From: Sporopachydermia quercuum
Lineage: Eukaryota
Assembly: GCA_001599295.1 (NCBI GenBank)
Contig: BCGN01000001.1
Location: forward strand, 930,001-994,000
Length of the DNA stretch: 64,000 nucleotides
Direction of reading: 5' to 3'
In this document: positions 61,924-64,000 of the stretch, one piece after another
Position numbering within the stretch: the stretch's first letter is position 1
Layout: each line of letters starts with the position of its first letter
Program-made: the position numbers and the translations under genes
The notes under the pieces: model-generated
Told to the model about the DNA's origin: nothing
Database searches by the model: none
What the model saw: only the letters and a program-made list of their open reading frames with translations

Positions 61924-63693
61924 ATGTCAAAGAACATACAATCACAACCTGAAACTATTCCAGGCAGCCTTAAAACCGCACCATCTTCGAGTGCTGATTT
62001 AGAAGATCCATTTGATTTACAACAAATACCATTTAATGATTGTGATTCAAGAGAAAGGTCAGAAAGCTTACAGAATGATTTATTTGCTGATGCAAATGAA
62101 TCAGGTGATACTACTGATCACAGCCAAATAACAGCCCGCTCTTCAATTTCATCTCTTGAGTCAACTACCCCAATCCCTCCAAAGCCAAACATCTCCAAGC
62201 CAGTGGTAGCTTTACATCTGGGTGCTGGTGTTCATCCCCCCCGATTGTATAACAAATATAAGAAGCTTTCAAACATAGCATGTCGGAAAGCCATGAAGAT
62301 ACTGAATTCCACTCCTCCTACAGGTAATGATTTCTCTAGTTGTTTGGCAGTTCAAGCAGCGGTAGCAGCTTGTGAATTATTGGAAAATTCAGAGTTTACT
62401 AATGCCGGATACGGCTCAAATTTGAATCATAGAGAGGAAGTTGAGTGTGATGCATCTTTAATGGTTGGTAAGGCATCACCAAGCCCTGAACCTACTAGAT
62501 ACATGTCCGTAACTGGTGTTAACAACTTATTCAATCCTATAGGATTATGTGCAGCATTGATGGAGTCGAGAGAAAGAAAATCATTGCAAGGAAAACGAGG
62601 GTTCAGAGCACAACCGAGTTTAATTTCGGCAAGAGGTCTTACACCGAAGGATATGGAATTAACCGAGGAGTCTCAATTGTATCCTCTAAGGCACGTTGAA
62701 AATAATGAGCTAGTTACTCCTGCTGCTAAATCATTATTTGATTATTGGATGTCTGTGCTAGGATTGAATCGCGAAAACAAGGATAGCAGCAGCAGTAATA
62801 GTGGGACTGATAGGAACGATGGCAACAATGTTGATAATAATGATAGCCTCAACCAATCTCAAGAACGACAAAGCGGAATGGAATCAGAAGGCGCCGATGT
62901 TGCAACAGAATTGTTCAGCAAGGGTATATCTGGGGACACCGTTTGTGTTGTATGTATTGATGCCCAAGGATTTCACGCCATCGCCTGTAGCAGTGGTGGT
63001 CCTATTTGTAAAAGAGTGGGAAGAGTTGGCTGTGCCGCTCTTGCTGGCAGTGGCTTTTGGGGTGAATCATTTACATTACAAGACCTCTTAGATGTTGACC
63101 AGTTAGACAACGATGATATTGGATCAACCAGGAAACGCAGTGGTGATCAAATCGTCGAACGAGGAGATCAACAAAGTTGCACCATGTGCTTTGCATCCAC
63201 AGGGTTTGGAGAGGATCTAACGAGCTTAGATCTTGCTAGAGCTCTAACAAAAGATGTGAGAAGAACTGTTAGTACTATGACAAATCGCTTCATTGAAAAA
63301 CATAAAAGGAATAAAAATGATGATGAGACAGACAGCAATTTATTTGTATTGAAACGATGTTACGATGAAATAGATTGGTTACGTGTTGTACAAAGGTGCA
63401 TTTTAACCAACGCTAGGACAGTTTACATTCAACAGAAACCTTTGTACCTTGGATCTATAGGTCTCATTCATGTTGCTGATGAGTCTGAAAGTAAGACCAA
63501 ATTGGTTTTCTTCCACAGTACTCAAAGTATGATAATGGCTTACATTACTGGCGACATGAAACGTACCAATGTTATCATCAGCAAGAATAAAAACTCCTTT
63601 ACTTATAGGAGCAATAATCCAATGTCTTGCGGTAATCCCAACTCGGAATTTTTACCAATGTCCAACCTATGTTTTGGAGAAATTTCATTATAG
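61924..63693 (+). CDS. Taspase1-like threonine aspartase (type-2 asparaginase family Ntn hydrolase)
   Basis: LHLGAG, TNAGYGSNL...VECDASLM, autocleavage site D|TV, SSGG...GRVGCAALAGSGFW and STGFGE. SSGG rather than TSTGG favours taspase over asparaginase. Confidence 0.8.
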   Translation: MSKNIQSQPETIPGSLKTAPSSSADLEDPFDLQQIPFNDCDSRERSESLQNDLFADANESGDTTDHSQITARSSISSLESTTPIPPKPNISKPVVALHLGAGVHPPRLYNKYKKLSNIACRKAMKILNSTPPTGNDFSSCLAVQAAVAACELLENSEFTNAGYGSNLNHREEVECDASLMVGKASPSPEPTRYMSVTGVNNLFNPIGLCAALMESRERKSLQGKRGFRAQPSLISARGLTPKDMELTEESQLYPLRHVENNELVTPAAKSLFDYWMSVLGLNRENKDSSSSNSGTDRNDGNNVDNNDSLNQSQERQSGMESEGADVATELFSKGISGDTVCVVCIDAQGFHAIACSSGGPICKRVGRVGCAALAGSGFWGESFTLQDLLDVDQLDNDDIGSTRKRSGDQIVERGDQQSCTMCFASTGFGEDLTSLDLARALTKDVRRTVSTMTNRFIEKHKRNKNDDETDSNLFVLKRCYDEIDWLRVVQRCILTNARTVYIQQKPLYLGSIGLIHVADESESKTKLVFFHSTQSMIMAYITGDMKRTNVIISKNKNSFTYRSNNPMSCGNPNSEFLPMSNLCFGEISL

Positions 63694-64000
63694 ATTATTT
63701 GTATCGTGAAAATCACGAAATTCCTTTACGAGAACAATCCAGCTATTGGTATATTTTACCAGTTTAAATCATTGCACGTTCTTTCAGTGAAAAAGAACCC
63801 TTTCCTACTGTCGGTAGAATTGCACGTTTTGTTGGTCGATGACTTGTTGCCAGAGTACAATACTAGAACAATACCATCTTGAGACTACCAGAACTTATAT
63901 GTATACGATAACTTCACTAATTAAAGGGCACAGAACATAATCAAATTGTCAGAACCCCGCTCTCACTTCAAGATAAACTAGTGTCTCGATTTTCCGTTTT

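Noticed and set aside
1374..63091. Numerous antisense or alternate-frame ORFs inside the major genes
   Set aside because: Shadow ORFs caused by codon bias and repeats; no independent coding signal.
1..64000. tRNA genes, rRNA, LTR/transposase remnants, CRISPR arrays
   Set aside because: GTTCGA-like hits (e.g. ~359, ~16770) lack a cloverleaf context; no RT/integrase/transposase motifs or spaced repeats were seen by eye.

Overview
AT-rich nuclear DNA from a budding yeast (Saccharomycotina) that uses the standard code (CTG=Leu at conserved Pma1 leucines) and is relatively intron-rich. I can support 21 protein-coding genes: MSB2-type mucin, BRO1, SEN54, SGF11, acyl-protein thioesterase, TOM20, PMA1, ERG4, SCL1, HOS2, a LYS14-like Zn2Cys6 factor, SCT1-type GPAT, STT3, PIB2, LAA2, a CTF1-like Zn2Cys6 factor, MID1, RFC3, POA1, YPK3 and a taspase-like Ntn hydrolase. 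Seven were rebuilt by hand across 9 spliceosomal introns that the ORF track splits. I found no tRNA, rRNA, CRISPR array or recognisable transposon. The most notable unexplained feature is a ~7.9 kb gene-free tract between TOM20 and PMA1, set among genes whose S. cerevisiae orthologues are centromere-proximal. It is a candidate regional centromere, but could simply be a long PMA1 promoter. Gene identities come from recognising motifs by eye, not from database searches. I cannot demonstrate a novel biological system from the sequence alone.
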